A DNA stretch of 64,000 nucleotides, taken from assembly GCF_001194135.2 (NCBI RefSeq), contig NC_068992.1:67565126-67629125 (forward strand). The letters run 5' to 3'. Made by a program: the position numbers and the translations under genes. Positions 1-12,501 of this stretch are shown in pieces. The notes under the pieces are model-generated. The model was given only the letters and a program-made list of their open reading frames with translations, was not told the origin of the DNA and made no database searches. Within the stretch, counting starts at the first letter, position 1. Every line of letters starts with the position of its first letter. Source of the stretch: Octopus bimaculoides (taxonomy: Eukaryota).

Positions 1-162
1 ACTTTATGGATTGTAATCTCTAATAGTCATAACAATTGAAATTTAGGCAAAGCTTATAAAACAACAATAGTTCGATGTAGAAATCAGAACTCCTGGATAT
101 TTTAACAAAAAGAAAAAAAAGCATTAAAAACACTAATAGTGACTGAAGTTGCATGGAAGACT

Positions 163-337
163 TGTTTGTCCCACCACCATCGCTTGATAACTGACGTTGG
201 TCTGGATACGCGGTTCGGCAAAGAGATCGATAGAGTAAATACTAGGCTTACAAAGAATAAGTCCTGGGATTGATTTGTTCGACTAAAGACGCTGCTCCAG
301 CATCGACGCAGTCAATGACTGAAAAAAGTAAAAGAAT
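163..337 (+). mobile_element. 3' half of octopus-type tRNA-derived SINE (family A here)
   Basis: Reverse complement of the 3' part of the full copy at 1015-1433 (catcgcttgataac...ctaggcttacaaagaataagtcctggg...gcagtcaatgactgaaa). Confidence 0.8.
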
Positions 338-389
338 GAAGGGATAAAAGAATATATATACATATATGTATGTATACACACATATATGC

Positions 390-445
<56 letters not shown>

Positions 446-1014
446 CACACACACATACACACATACACACACACACACACACACACAAATATATATTCGT
501 CAGTAGTATCATTTTCTTTTTTTTTTACTTCAGTTGTTATTCTGTTTGCGCAACTATTCTGATTTGGTACACACTGGGCAGTACGTATTTATCGATCACA
601 CAAAGAAATCGATGAAATTTGTCATCACTTTTGACAGCAGAGTAGAATATATAACGTAGAAAATTAAACATTTGTTTTTTTTGTGTGTGTCTAGCTTAAT
701 GAAATATTAAATATAAATAAGACGTGTCTAAAATGCCAGAGATTTATCACAGAATTATTTTAAGCTATCAGTATTCGCAAATGTTTATGTAGATCTAACC
801 GAAAACTATTTACATATGCGGACTTTAAATGTATGTGTATAATTCCAAGCGGCTGTACATAGGGAAAAATCTGAAAGGAATGGCAATTATCGAAATTTAC
901 ATATGAAATAGGCACAAGGAAAAATTTACAAAACAGAGTTATCGGATGGATGCATGTGTCTGTGTGTGTGTGTATGTATGTATATATATATATATATATA
1001 AATATATTTTCATT

Positions 1015-1216
1015 TATTCTTTACATGTGTCAGTCATTTGACTGCGGCTATGCTGGATCACCGCCTTTAGTAGAGCAAATCAACCCCAGGACTTATACCT
1101 TGTAAGCCTAATACTTATTCTATCGTTCTCTTTTGCCGGACAGCCAAGTTACGGGGAAGTACACACACCAGCATCGGTTCTCAAGCGATGTCGGGGTCCA
1201 AACACACACACAAACA

Positions 1217-1269
<53 letters not shown>

Positions 1270-1433
1270 GACGGGCGTCTATCAGTTTCCGTCTACCGAA
1301 TCCACAGACAAGACTTTGGTCGGCCTGAGGCTATTGTAGAAGGCACTTGCCCAAGGTACCACACAATGGGACTGAGCTCGGTACGACGTGGTAGTTCAAC
1401 AAACTACTCGCCACACACCCAATCCTGCGCCTA
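1015..1433 (-). mobile_element. Full-length SINE family A with internal (TA)n/(CA)n tract
   Basis: Minus strand begins taggcgcagg (tRNA-like head), has a CORE-like ccttgggcaagtg segment, an internal microsatellite and a 3' gcagtcaaatgactga tail; homologous to copies at 163, 41222 and 42155. Confidence 0.85.
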
Positions 1434-2740
1434 TATTACTAGAATGACTTATCATAAACATCTGGATGCAAAGACATTTGCATTATTGTCAACAAGATTT
1501 ACGTCTGACCATCGATTTCGACAGGAAACAAAATGCATATATTTTAGTAATGTTCTCGAGTAGAGTTTACAAAAGAAATACGCACAGTAACAGACTTAGA
1601 TATTAAAGCCCCCAAATGTATGTTGCAAACTGAAAAACGATACGTTGAAAATGAAACACATTTCGAATAATTTAATCAATGTTAAGATATTTTCAAACGC
1701 GGTAATTTCGAAATAAAGGTTCACGCGACAGGCAAGTCTCCTTTATATATCAATCATCTCTATATTAATCAGTTTTATATTATTATTTAAACTACATCAC
1801 TCTAATGCGCATATACAAACATTAATATATGCACATGTATATCCGTATGTATATGTACACCCAAGAAGACGCACTACACATGTCTGCGTTTGTATATGCT
1901 TCTCTATACAATTTTTCCGATCGATTTGATCTAAAATTCATTTTCTGTGTGCATTGATAAATATCATCTTATCGATAATATCAATTGATTTCATGCTTTC
2001 ACTTTTCCAATTTGATCTGATTGCAGCCTGCAATACCTGACCAGTATGGCAAATAAGTCAATGTAACGATAACAATGAAGCGATCTTAAGCAGAATTTCA
2101 AAATTCCTCTGTTGTATTGTACACAACTTTGATCATTATTTTTCATTACGTAATATCTCAGCGACACTGGAGTCAAAATTAAATGTTATACAGCCTTCAC
2201 AGAATTTTGTCGCAATAGTTCTTCTTTAATACGTCAAAGAAATGTAATTAAATACCAGCAGACATATACACTCAGATGCTTACAAATCTATTATATTTTG
2301 TTACTATTTGTTTCTAACCGACGCATATAGCTTGAGTTTGGGAAAAGAGACGTTGCTTTAAAAGTTATCCGTATTATTTGGTGATACATATTTTGTCTTT
2401 CTAGAAACCCTTAATGCAATATGATCACAAAATACAATTTTTTAGAAGCCCCATGAATTTAAAAAGAAAGTTGCGAGAGTTTGAGACTGCAATAATTAAG
2501 TTTAAACACAGATGAAAACTTAAACCCTAAGACTAGAAGATTATTCAAAAATTGAATTATTTAAGAGTTTCTATATGCTATATAGTCAACTAGATTTACA
2601 ACTCACAACGGAAACACGTGACAAAGCATCACAAGACATACTTTTTGGTAATCCACCATTTCTTTTCTACTACTCTCACGTGTCACAAACTGCATCAGTT
2701 TTCCATAACAATTTTATTACTAGTGTACACTTAGCATCAG

Positions 2741-2870
2741 TGAAGAGGCATAGGTAAGCGTCTAGGATGTTGCACTCACGGTCATAACATCATGGTTTCA
2801 ATTCCGAGACAGGGTGGGGGCATTGTGGACTTGCACAAGAAGCTTCATTTTGCGTTGCTTAAACCTAGAC
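2741..2870 (+). mobile_element. Degenerate tRNA-headed, CORE-like SINE 5' region
   Basis: B-box-like ggtttcaattcc followed by tgtggacttgcacaagaagcttcattttgcgttgct, resembling the CORE-type domain; heavily decayed. Confidence 0.4.
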
Positions 2871-3848
2871 TAGTGGAATGCACGATGGCCGAGAGTGTTT
2901 TTATCTCTGCTCACAACGTCTCAGGCATGTGTTTAAGTGTGTTACATTCTATCGAGGGTCACATTTACTTGCGAGTGACAGCTAAACTATTCACCATATG
3001 TAGGAAATACATAGCTATGTGTAATGTATGTATGAAATTTGCACACCTTTCTAACACTTCTAATGTAATGGAAACGTCTATAAACAATGCTGTTCTTCAA
3101 CATGTCCCCCCTGTTCGTGCTAATATTGTCCTTCCATTTATTCCTATTCCAATCACCCGTATCCCATCTCTCACGTAGCCACAGGTATTTCTGCTTCATT
3201 AATTTTTATTACTTTCTTCCCAGAAGAAAAAAAAAATCATTTTAACTGGCATACGGCGAAAATCTATGGACTTTTATGTGAGTCAAATGATTAGAGGCTA
3301 AATATTTTATATATTTTTAGGTGTATATTTAAACATATATGCGAGAAAAATTGATTTAAAGGGGCTTAAAAATTATTATGCAATTCATAATTTATATTTA
3401 TTAGATATATGTGTTTGGCCTATACATTAAATATAAAACGCTGCATTTAACCGTTCTTTAATACAATTTACTCATAGAAAATAGGGTGATAAATATTGCC
3501 TAATAGACAGATAAGTCGAACGAGAGAGAGACAGAGAGAGATGAGCAATTTAAAGCTAGATGTGAAATTAACCAGCAAATTACACCTAATGTATATCTTT
3601 ATTATACTTAAAAATATCGATTTGAAATATATAGTTTTATTATACATAAGTATATCGATTGCAAACGTCAACGATTTTACCTCTTCTTGAAAACGTTAAC
3701 TATACAAACTGCACAAATAGTATGTGACAGCTTAAGAAAGATAAGGAAAATACCTAAATAACGAATGATATTTCTCAATATTAGCACTAAAATATGGAAA
3801 CTATGACGAAAATCTACATACATTTACATATATACTTACACACACACG

Positions 3849-3879
<31 letters not shown>

Positions 3880-3938
3880 ACATATATAGTTGTATATATA
3901 TATATATATATATATAGTTGTATATCGTCATAGTTTCC

Positions 3939-3997
<59 letters not shown>

Positions 3998-4199
3998 CTT
4001 CATAGTTTCCTTATTTTTTATATTTATATACACGCACACGCACACGCACACGCACGCACACACACACACACAGATAGAGACAGAGAGCCTGACTGTACTA
4101 CTGTTGTTAGGAAAATGCCCGTGTGCTGAGAAATGCGCGGTTAAAGAATGACAGTGAACCGGAACAGAACATGTATTACTTTAAATATTCTCGCACTGT

Positions 4200-4900
4200 C
4201 TTCTCTATAATGTGTGGGTTCGTTTGGAGAAAAATAGGTGGGAATATCCAGGGTGGAGCTGGAGATAGATAAATAAGTGTTGCTGAGTCGTCAGGTTGAG
4301 CAGAAGAGAGTGGTTAGCAGGAAACGAGGAGTCTGTATGTGTGGAGAGGGATTGAAAGAATATAATGGTTAAAGATTGCGAATGGTTTAACGAGTCATAA
4401 TGATTAACAGGTCTTTGGGATTAGTAGGTGATAACTAGGAATTGCATAGGGTTGAGGTGTAAGTAGATAGGAGGTGGAAAGCCCGATGATGTATAGCTGT
4501 TTCGCGAGCAGAAAATATATCTGTCAGTGCCGAAAAAAAGAACGTTGAAGAGCAACTGTGAGAATGTAAGCTGGTGAAGGATGTAAAAGATGACATTATA
4601 CAGACAATGTAAAAAGTGGGTGGAGAGGTCAGTATTAAGCATAAATGTTGGATGGCAACTGAAACGATTCCGTGTAATAAGAGAAAGATGTATCGAGGGA
4701 AATGGTGAATTATCTTGTACTGCTTACACTTAATTACAGCTGAGGAATACTGCAATTAGAGAGGCGATAGGTGGTAGATTGCCTGGATGAGAAAACTGCG
4801 TGTGTATATACGCAAATTGTATTTACATAACCGCAGCTTTGCTGATGTAGGTGGGTCTCCTGGTGAACTGCATCTCACCGGTGATCTCAACGTTTTGCAA
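4200..4900 (-). mobile_element. Possible highly decayed Penelope-like RT remnant
   Basis: Only a short peptide (IHHRAFHLLSTYTS) resembles the PLE RT C-terminal region; unique-complexity sequence with strand-skewed purine content. Weak. Confidence 0.15.
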
Positions 4901-5944
4901 TCTCCTTCGTGATGTTCAAGTTCCTGAGAAGAACATTTACCACTTCTTTTTATGTGGTCTTGCATCTCCCACTTCTGCAAGTTCATTGCAGATTAAATAA
5001 ACAGCACTTCATTATACACCTGTCACCATCACATGTCAACTTCAGCGTAATCTTATTTCTTGCACGCAACATTTGATTCCTCTTATGCCCAGATTCTCTC
5101 CCAATATATTTGTTCTTCGTCTTTCATGGAAACGTACATTATCCGTCCAAAAGAACACGATAGCTCCAATTCTTTCCACTTTCTCAAGACTTCTGCATTC
5201 TAATTATCCACGTTACTTGCCTTGACAAAGACAGGTACTTATATTTTCTCCTGAAAGTCGTTTCATAGTGTCCATTCCGTTTTCCTCGCTCTGAGTCCGT
5301 AGGTCTGAGGAGAGGATGTATGCATAACTCCATCTGAATGTGTGAAGAGCAATACATTCTTTTGCTCTCCTATCCAGACGCGCGCGCGCACACACACATC
5401 TGTTTGTATGTCTCGGATTGGTTTATTCTATGCGTGAATACCCTTTTTGATTTCGATATCATTAATATCAACATATAAGAAATCGCTAATAGCGACTTAT
5501 ATTGCAAACAATTTTCATAAGTTGAAATGATCCATTAAAACGTATTATAATTCACAGGAGGAGGAATAATTTGCTGATATTAAATATTTTTTGTTAAGCT
5601 TCTTGTAATTCTCGGATTCATGTATAAACTTTGGAATTGTGTTCGTATTTATCGTAGAAATGTATTAACCCTGTTAACTATTTGTATGCACATAAACCGT
5701 TACAAATACTCTTGACATGGCTTGAATTTAGTAGAAGCCACTGAGTCTATCAGCGTGTGTTATTGCTGAGGGGCCGTTGGCAAATTGCTTTGAATGTGTA
5801 GATGTAGCGGGATGATGATTCTGCTACGGTTAAAGCGGACGCTGTTTCAAAGGTATTGGCATTTGATTTCCTTTTGTGCTGTTGAGTTGTTGCTCATGGT
5901 TGGTTAGACATGCGATTATCCTTAGCTGACCATTAAGATTCGGC

Positions 5945-5989
<45 letters not shown>

Positions 5990-6682
5990 AGAATTAACAA
6001 AAAAAAGAACAACAGACGAAGACATGTGATGTGGAAAACAAACAGATGTATTACTATAATGCTCGGGATTTCAAAAAGTCTTTAATACTTATTGTTCTGT
6101 GTGTATTGTTAACAACTTGACAATCGGAAAGCTTCACTTGAAATATTGATTCTTTTTCTGAAATTGCACTGCAATAAAATGGATATTTATTAAACTATAG
6201 AACTTTTTTAATGGCGCCCCTACGATAATGGCTTCTGAAATTAATTAGTTTAACATTTTTCCTTTTCTCTCTTTCTCTAGCTATTAGTCCCCAGATATCT
6301 TGAGTTACTTCTTGGGAATATTGTTATCGTTCTTATATAATTGTCATATTCCGAAATTCCATTACATAAATTACAAATTAAAAATGATGAGCGCTAGTTC
6401 AATTCATTATTGTATCTGAGGCAAAGATTAAAACGTTAGGACCTGCAAATCTATTCGCTCAGACAAGAGTTTGACGAATATAAATTCTCTAAAACTATCA
6501 TCGTGTGTTCGTTTAATCACCTGCAGTAATTTACTAAAATTAAAATAAATGCCATATATTCAAACCATTATATACTATCTTAGTTTCGGTATCGTCCGCT
6601 CCCACTATATGTGTACGTATAAATATAAGAAACGTTTTAAAACATGAAATCCATCACAATACATTTCAAGAATTCGAAAATT

Positions 6683-6880
6683 TTATTCATCAATGTAAGT
6701 ACCATTACAACAACACATTTTTGATTTTTGCCAACGAGTTACAGGTTTGTTTATTCCGGTAACATAAAAATCTAGAGTTATGGAGTTGATGAACCCTTTC
6801 AGCGCACTTTCAGCATCGGTTTGTGTAGCATCGGTTTTCCTGGGTTTGAAGAAGTTATGAGTCCAGCAGTATACCACCAA
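6683..6880 (-). pseudogene. Mariner transposase C-terminal fragment (Hsmar1/cecropia-like)
   Basis: Translation DAESALKGFINSITLDFYVTGINKPVTRWQKSKMCCCNGTYIDE matches the mariner C-terminus pattern DAENAF..F..SR..DFYATGINKL.SRWQKCVDCNGSYFD. Confidence 0.8.
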
Positions 6881-7714
6881 CGATTCAATTTTGTTTTTTG
6901 GCGGGTAGAGGTTTCATGACAGTGGAGGTGGACAGATAGAAATATAGATAGGTAGATAGGCTGATAGATAAATAGACAGTTAGACAGAGAGGTAGAGAGA
7001 AGCGGTATCGGCCTTACGATTCACCATTTATTTATTGAGCCCTATTCACCGTTTATTTATTTAATATTGGAATGTGTATTGTGACCTCTTCAAAAAAAAA
7101 AATAGAAAAAAATCAGGTTGGTTTGGTCGTCACCGAGAGTAATTTTGCTTACATTCTCCCTTCCCCTTTTCCTTCTTTTTTTCCCCTCTTTCTTTCTTTT
7201 CTTCTCTTTGGATGATATTTAGAAAGAAAGAGAGAGGGATAAAAGGGAAAGGGCGAGGGAGAATGAAAGCAAAATGACTTTCAGTAAACGACCAAACCGC
7301 ACCTGTTGGTTTTTTTTTTTTTTGAAGGATCACCATGCTTAAACCCATTCCAATACAATGGTAAATGACTAAATAAATAAATGAATGGTGAATAGGAAAG
7401 TGGCTACCCCTTATTTCTCTCTCCTTCTGCCTAATTGTCTATCTATCTATCTATCGATCTATCTATCTGTCTGTCTGTCACTCTGTCTGTCTACGTCTCT
7501 CTGTCTGTCTGTCTGTCTACCTATATTTCTATCTATCCATTTCCATTGTCATGCAACCTCACCCCCAAAACAAAAACAATGTTCTCCTCTAAACATAACC
7601 CCCCCCCCCCAATAACATCTGTTTTATATAAATGAACAAGCTGTTTGTACATTCACAAAATTTTATTTGACAAGTTCTAGAGAGGAACGAAAGCGTTAAT
7701 AATAATAATACCCC

Positions 7715-9085
7715 ATGGATAGCTGAGAATAAAGACAAACCTGTGGCTGCGATGTCTTTCAGCCAAGAAGTCGGTAGTCTGCCTCTTTTACGTCTGCCGT
7801 TCAACCTCCCAGTTATAATCATTCGCTCAAGTCCATCCCGGTGCATGACGTGGCCAAAGAACTGTAGCTTCCGCTTCATGTTGTTTCGCCAAAGCATCAT
7901 CTCGCAACCAAGCTTTTCTAGTACCCAGGTTTACGTCCTGCTCTCCGTCCACGACACTCTAAGGATTCTGCAGTATCACCACATTTCAAAAGCGATCACT
8001 CTTTTCTCGTCTGCCTTCAACATTGTTCTCGGCTCGCAGCCATACGTCGCAATACAGAAAGCGGCAGCCCGAAGTAGCCTTATCTTCAGCAGCATTGACA
8101 TGCCATGACTCTTCCAGATGTTCTCCATATCTTGTACCACTTGCCCCACTATTGCGAGTCTTCTCCGTATCTCTGGTGTACTGGATCCACTGGTGCTGAT
8201 TGTGGATCCCAAGTACACAAAATCATCCACTTCCTGAATCATTTCTCCGTCTACGGTGAAGTCACCTTGGTCTGTCCACCACCAAGATCTTTGGATTCTT
8301 TACATTCAGGAATGGGTCACTCTGTGCACTCATGTCTTTCACTTTGCGTATCATCCACAGCAATTCGTCCTTGCTGTGACTTATGAGGGTTGTGTCATCG
8401 GCGTATCTCAGATTGGACAGCGTTTCCTTGCCAATCTGCACACCACCATCGTAGTTCTCCTTCACCGCTCTTATGGTGTTGTCTGCGTAGATGTTGTACA
8501 GATATGGAGACAGAACAAATCCCTGTCGGACAACCCTCTCAATGCCGAACCACTCAGTGTCACCGATGGATATCCTGACAGATGACTCTTGATCTTGATA
8601 TAGTCACACCAACAGTAGTGCGACTAAGTGTTCAGGAAATCCCATGTCCTTCAGGATGTCCCACATCTTTGCTGTGTCTCGCACAGTCGAAGGCTTAAGA
8701 ATAGTCGATGAAACGCACGCAAAGTGGGATGTTACATTCCTTAAACTTCTCGATCATCATCCTGATGTCGGCTATCTTTCCCCCTTCTTCCTCTGCCCTT
8801 GACGAAGCCGGCTTGCTCCTCAGCAATGACACTGCTATATTTCCGCTGCTCTGTACCTACGATGATTCGCAGCAGGGTCTTGCTTGCGTGGACAATAAGA
8901 CTGGTGGTTCGGTGGTTAGAGCACACGCGTGGGTTGCCTTTCTTTGGTATTGGTACGAAGACTGCACGACACCGGTCGATCGGCCGCTGCACGTCGTTCC
9001 AGATCTTGACACACAGTCTCCACAAAAGTTCTATCCCAACATCTCCCGTCGCCTTCCATACCTCGATGGGAAGTTCATCAACGCC
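7715..9085 (-). mobile_element. 5'-truncated RTE-clade LINE reverse transcriptase pseudogene (frameshifted)
   Basis: Ordered RTE motifs across frames: AVFVPIPKKGNPRVCSNHRTTSL, EEQAGFVKGRG, NLRYADDTTLI (catalytic YADD), EVDDFVYLGSTI, YGCE...KRVIAFEMW, KLQFFGHVMHRDGLERMIITGRLNGRRKRGR. Confidence 0.93.
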
Positions 9086-9126
<41 letters not shown>

Positions 9127-9644
9127 CACACGTCTCTTTGTATATATAAGTAAAAATTCAGTCGAATTAAGTACATAAATTGAGGCACCTTGTTATGTCG
9201 GAATAATACACACACGTGTGTAAATATCTGTTCCTATGTATGTATAATGCATGTACATACATGTGTGTGCATGTGTACGTGTGTAGAAAAGTATACGTCA
9301 GCGGAAATAGATTTAAGAACTTCATTGACGTGATATATCGGTAATCAATCAGCATATAAAATTTCTATTGATATTTTCTCAGCTTCTATTTTAAATTGAC
9401 GCACATAACTCGATATATCAATTATACTTATAAAATGCTTACCATTAATGCATCATATAGTTTTCGAGATCATAAACTCATTTACATTCCATTGCCGGTA
9501 AAATGCATTTACACGCGATTCTTTACAGATATTCCTATATAAATTTCTATTCCGACACATACACACAAACAATAAACATTGTCTGCGCTTATAAGCACAG
9601 AGTTTTATATCTTATATACTTTAAATACTTTTATTCTTTAACTT

Positions 9645-9695
9645 GTCTCAGTTATTAGACTGCGGCCATGCTTAGGCACTAATGCGAAGTGTTTA
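9645..9695 (-). mobile_element. SINE family A 3' tail fragment
   Basis: cagttattagactgcggccatgc matches the tail of the copies at 1030 and 42155. Confidence 0.55.
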
Positions 9696-10804
9696 TTCGA
9701 ACAAATCGCCGCAGTATTGATATATGTATGAATATGTTTGTATGTATGTATATATGTATGTGTATATCTATCTATAATCAGACACACGCACGCACAAATA
9801 CATATCTTTCTGCACCTATCACTCTCGTACAATGGGAGAAGCATTTTCATATATAATCTTAATAGCAGATAATTATTAGTCCTTTAATTGGAGCTAACAT
9901 TTGACATCTACGGAAAATAATTATTTTGTATGAACATACCATCTTTTGCATCAATGTAAATTAGTTCTGCCATTGTTGTGAGTGCCCCGTCATCGTATTT
10001 TACCGTATACCGTATATGAGTCGTCATTTTTGATGCATTCTTTACAGAATAATTTTCTTCTGGCCTTCATTGGAATTCTTTATATTTCATTAAATAAAAT
10101 TACTCTTGGCAATCTCTTCTCCATTTTCCAAATATCCGGTTTCTTTTGGTTAAAACTTCACAATCAACAGATGTGAATCTTTTGCATAGGTTAGTTGAAG
10201 TATAGCCGTAAATGTTTTATGCGGTTATGTCAAAAGTTACCTTCATACGAGACTAGCCAGAATAATTGTAGTGATATATCATTGTAGCTCACTGATTGTA
10301 TTACTAAGGTCGGCATTCATGGGAACATTCTACAATATTCCAAATTGTTCTTGCTTGGTGTGGTATTCATAAAATTATTTTAATTTCTGTGTTCAGCTAA
10401 ATTCCTAGCAATTTCCGAAATGAATTATTGTGAATATTTGAATTATTAATTCAGGTAATTGGTCTTGCAGAGACTGGTTTTCGATTTCCCAAATGTAAGT
10501 GATATTCTGATAACAGCACAGAAATTTGAAGCTTTATATGATCATATGGCATTCTGTTACAACTGAATGTAACAATTTATACACGCTAAGAGATGTTTAG
10601 TTTATTGTCAGGTCATCATAACAATCCTTACAATCAACCGTATTAGTCTGATGTTGCAATTAAGTATCACCCTGAAATCATTAACCCCAAAATCATTGCT
10701 GCGAACCTCGAATATTTTGTCTATTTTTCTAGTGCTTTAAATGGTTTTCATTTAGCCCAGTTTGATATTTGTAAACTTTAGCGGTCGACCTAATGTCTTT
10801 TACG

Positions 10805-10935
10805 TGTTCCTGTCATTTGACTTCGGCCCAGCTTGGACACTGACTTGAAGGATTTCAGGGAAACGAATCGGCCTCTATACTTAGTTTTCTTTAAAGCTTG
10901 GTACTAATTATGTCACTACGTTACGGCAAAGCAAA
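10805..10935 (-). mobile_element. Degenerate SINE family A 3' fragment, abutting the palindromic element
   Basis: gtcatttgacttcggcccagc...aagcttggtact resembles the family A tail. Confidence 0.5.
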
Positions 10936-11024
10936 CACGGGTATAGAGTTCTATATTTAAGAGACGAGGAATTATGTACATTACATACATTTGACGGCTA
11001 TTTGTCCTCCTCTTGTTTGATGTT

Positions 11025-11070
11025 AGCTCAACGTTTCAGCTGATATACCTTCCAGCCTTCATCAGGTGCC
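11025..11070 (-). ncRNA. Minimal type I hammerhead ribozyme motif (Penelope-type)
   Basis: Minus strand: GGCAC-CUGAUGA-A-GGCUG-gaagguauau-CAGCU-GAAAC-GUU-GAGCU. Conserved core, 5-bp stem II, palindromic ACGU in place of stem III, 4 of 5 stem I pairs. Activity untested. Confidence 0.65.
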
Positions 11071-11164
11071 TTGGAGAAATTTCGAATCTGGGTTCTCATT
11101 CCTAAGGTAGTTTTTCGATGTTGTTGTTGTTATTATTAATATTATTATTATTATTATTCCCACG

Positions 11165-11236
11165 GGCATATGGCGTAGTGGTTAAGTGCGCGGGCTACTA
11201 ACCCCAAGATTCCGAGTTCGATTCGAGGCAGTGACC
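11165..11236 (+). ncRNA. tRNA-derived Pol III cassette (SINE head-like, not a functional tRNA)
   Basis: A box TGGCGTAGTGG (11171-11181), B box GTTCGATTC (11216-11224), anticodon-like loop CT-ACT-AA; acceptor and T stems pair poorly. Confidence 0.7.
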
Positions 11237-11239
11237 TGG

Positions 11240-11273
<34 letters not shown>

Positions 11274-11307
11274 TAACATCGAAAGAAATACCTTAGGAAT
11301 GAGAACC

Positions 11308-11348
11308 CAGATGAAGGCTGGAGGGTGTATCAGCCGAAACGTTGTGTT
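11308..11348 (+). ncRNA. Deletion-inactivated hammerhead motif (right-arm copy)
   Basis: CAGAUGA-A-GGCUG...CAGCC-GAAAC-GUU-GUGUU: perfect stem II, but the stem I 5' strand is lost and CUG became CAG at the deletion junction. Confidence 0.6.
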
Positions 11349-11530
11349 AACAACAAGATGAGGACATTTTGAAATTCAACAGTATTGATTGAAAATTGTT
11401 TCGAGTATCTGTTCTGTTTGATAAGAAGTTACATTTTAAGTAAGCAAGGTAGTTTCTATAAGCTTTCAGGGGTTGAAGAATCGTCAGTCTCATTAGGAAG
11501 AGACAGGTTTCCTACACGTGATGTACTACT

Positions 11531-11701
11531 GAGTATTTAGAGAGTCTTGATTGAGTATTTAGAGAGTCTTGATTGAGTATTTAGAGAATCTTGATTGAGT
11601 ATTTAGTCTTGATTGGGTATTTAGAGAGTCTTGATTGGGTATTTAGAGAGTCTTGATTGGGTATTTAGAGAGTCTTGATTGGGTATTTAGAGAGTCTTGA
11701 T
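11531..11701. repeat. 22-bp minisatellite, 8 units (G[A/G]GTATTTAGAGAGTCTTGATT)
   Basis: Units start at 11531, 11553, 11575, 11597 (18 bp), 11615, 11637, 11659, 11681. Confidence 0.95.
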
Positions 11702-12469
11702 GTGTTTTTCCCATGTATAAAAGGTTAAAAATCATGGGAACAAATTCAAAAAACTTGTGAAACATTGTTGAATTGAATGAAGTGTGTTTCAATAAAAACC
11801 GTAAAGGAAATCGATAGCTCCCAGAGCTAAGTAGCAAGCGCTAATTATGTTAATAAGCAACACTCAGTAAATATACGAAAGAATACTGTTTGGGTTCCTA
11901 TGTTTAATTCTTAAGAGTGATAATAACTAGAAAGCGTTCATTGAGGGACCAAACTGACGGAAATATTGGTGATCGATCGCTGAGAATGTCGCGAGATGAG
12001 CACAAACAAATCTAAGGGCATTATTTTAAGTGTCCCCTTCTTCAATTGTTATTATCGTTATCGAATATAAAGATAAATATAAATGCACAATGTATGGAAA
12101 ACAAATATTAATAATGGTCTGTTAATGGACAACTTTTTTGCCCCTTAATATTATTCTGAAAATGAAGTATAGATGCATTAAATTTACTGCTATAAACCTA
12201 TTTTCGTGAAATGTTAGGATGTAACCTTAAGCAATTATTTCTATTTTCATTCACTACAGTTCAAGATTGCCAATGGAAAATTAAACACCAACATTCTGTA
12301 TAGTATGTCAACTAACAGATTACAGTAGACATGTCTAATTTATTCATGTATGTTACTAAATATGACCAAGAAATCGATTTCAACCTATCGTAGTATCGTT
12401 GGTCTCAACGTCTTTAACAATAAAAATAGTATATACATACATACATAGTTATTTACATATATACATAGT

Positions 12470-12501
<32 letters not shown>

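Larger units (their letters stand above)
10947..11366. mobile_element. Palindromic composite element: inverted arms around a tRNA-like core
   Basis: Arms 11003-~11158 and ~11240-11366 are reverse complements, each including an (ATT)n/(AAT)n tract; the right arm has a 25-nt deletion. Core 11165-11236. Confidence 0.85.

Noticed and set aside
248-615. ORFs rich in YIYI/CVCV/THTH (also 21123-22055, 30501-31145, 46648-46938, 51943-52570, 55438-55889, 57434-57961)
   Set aside because: Translations of dinucleotide microsatellites and N-gaps; not genes.
11165-11236. Functional tRNA-Ser(ACT) gene
   Set aside because: Acceptor and T stems do not pair, there is no long variable arm, and it is embedded in a repeat.
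11531-11701. CRISPR-like array
   Set aside because: No spacers (contiguous tandem units) and a eukaryotic context.
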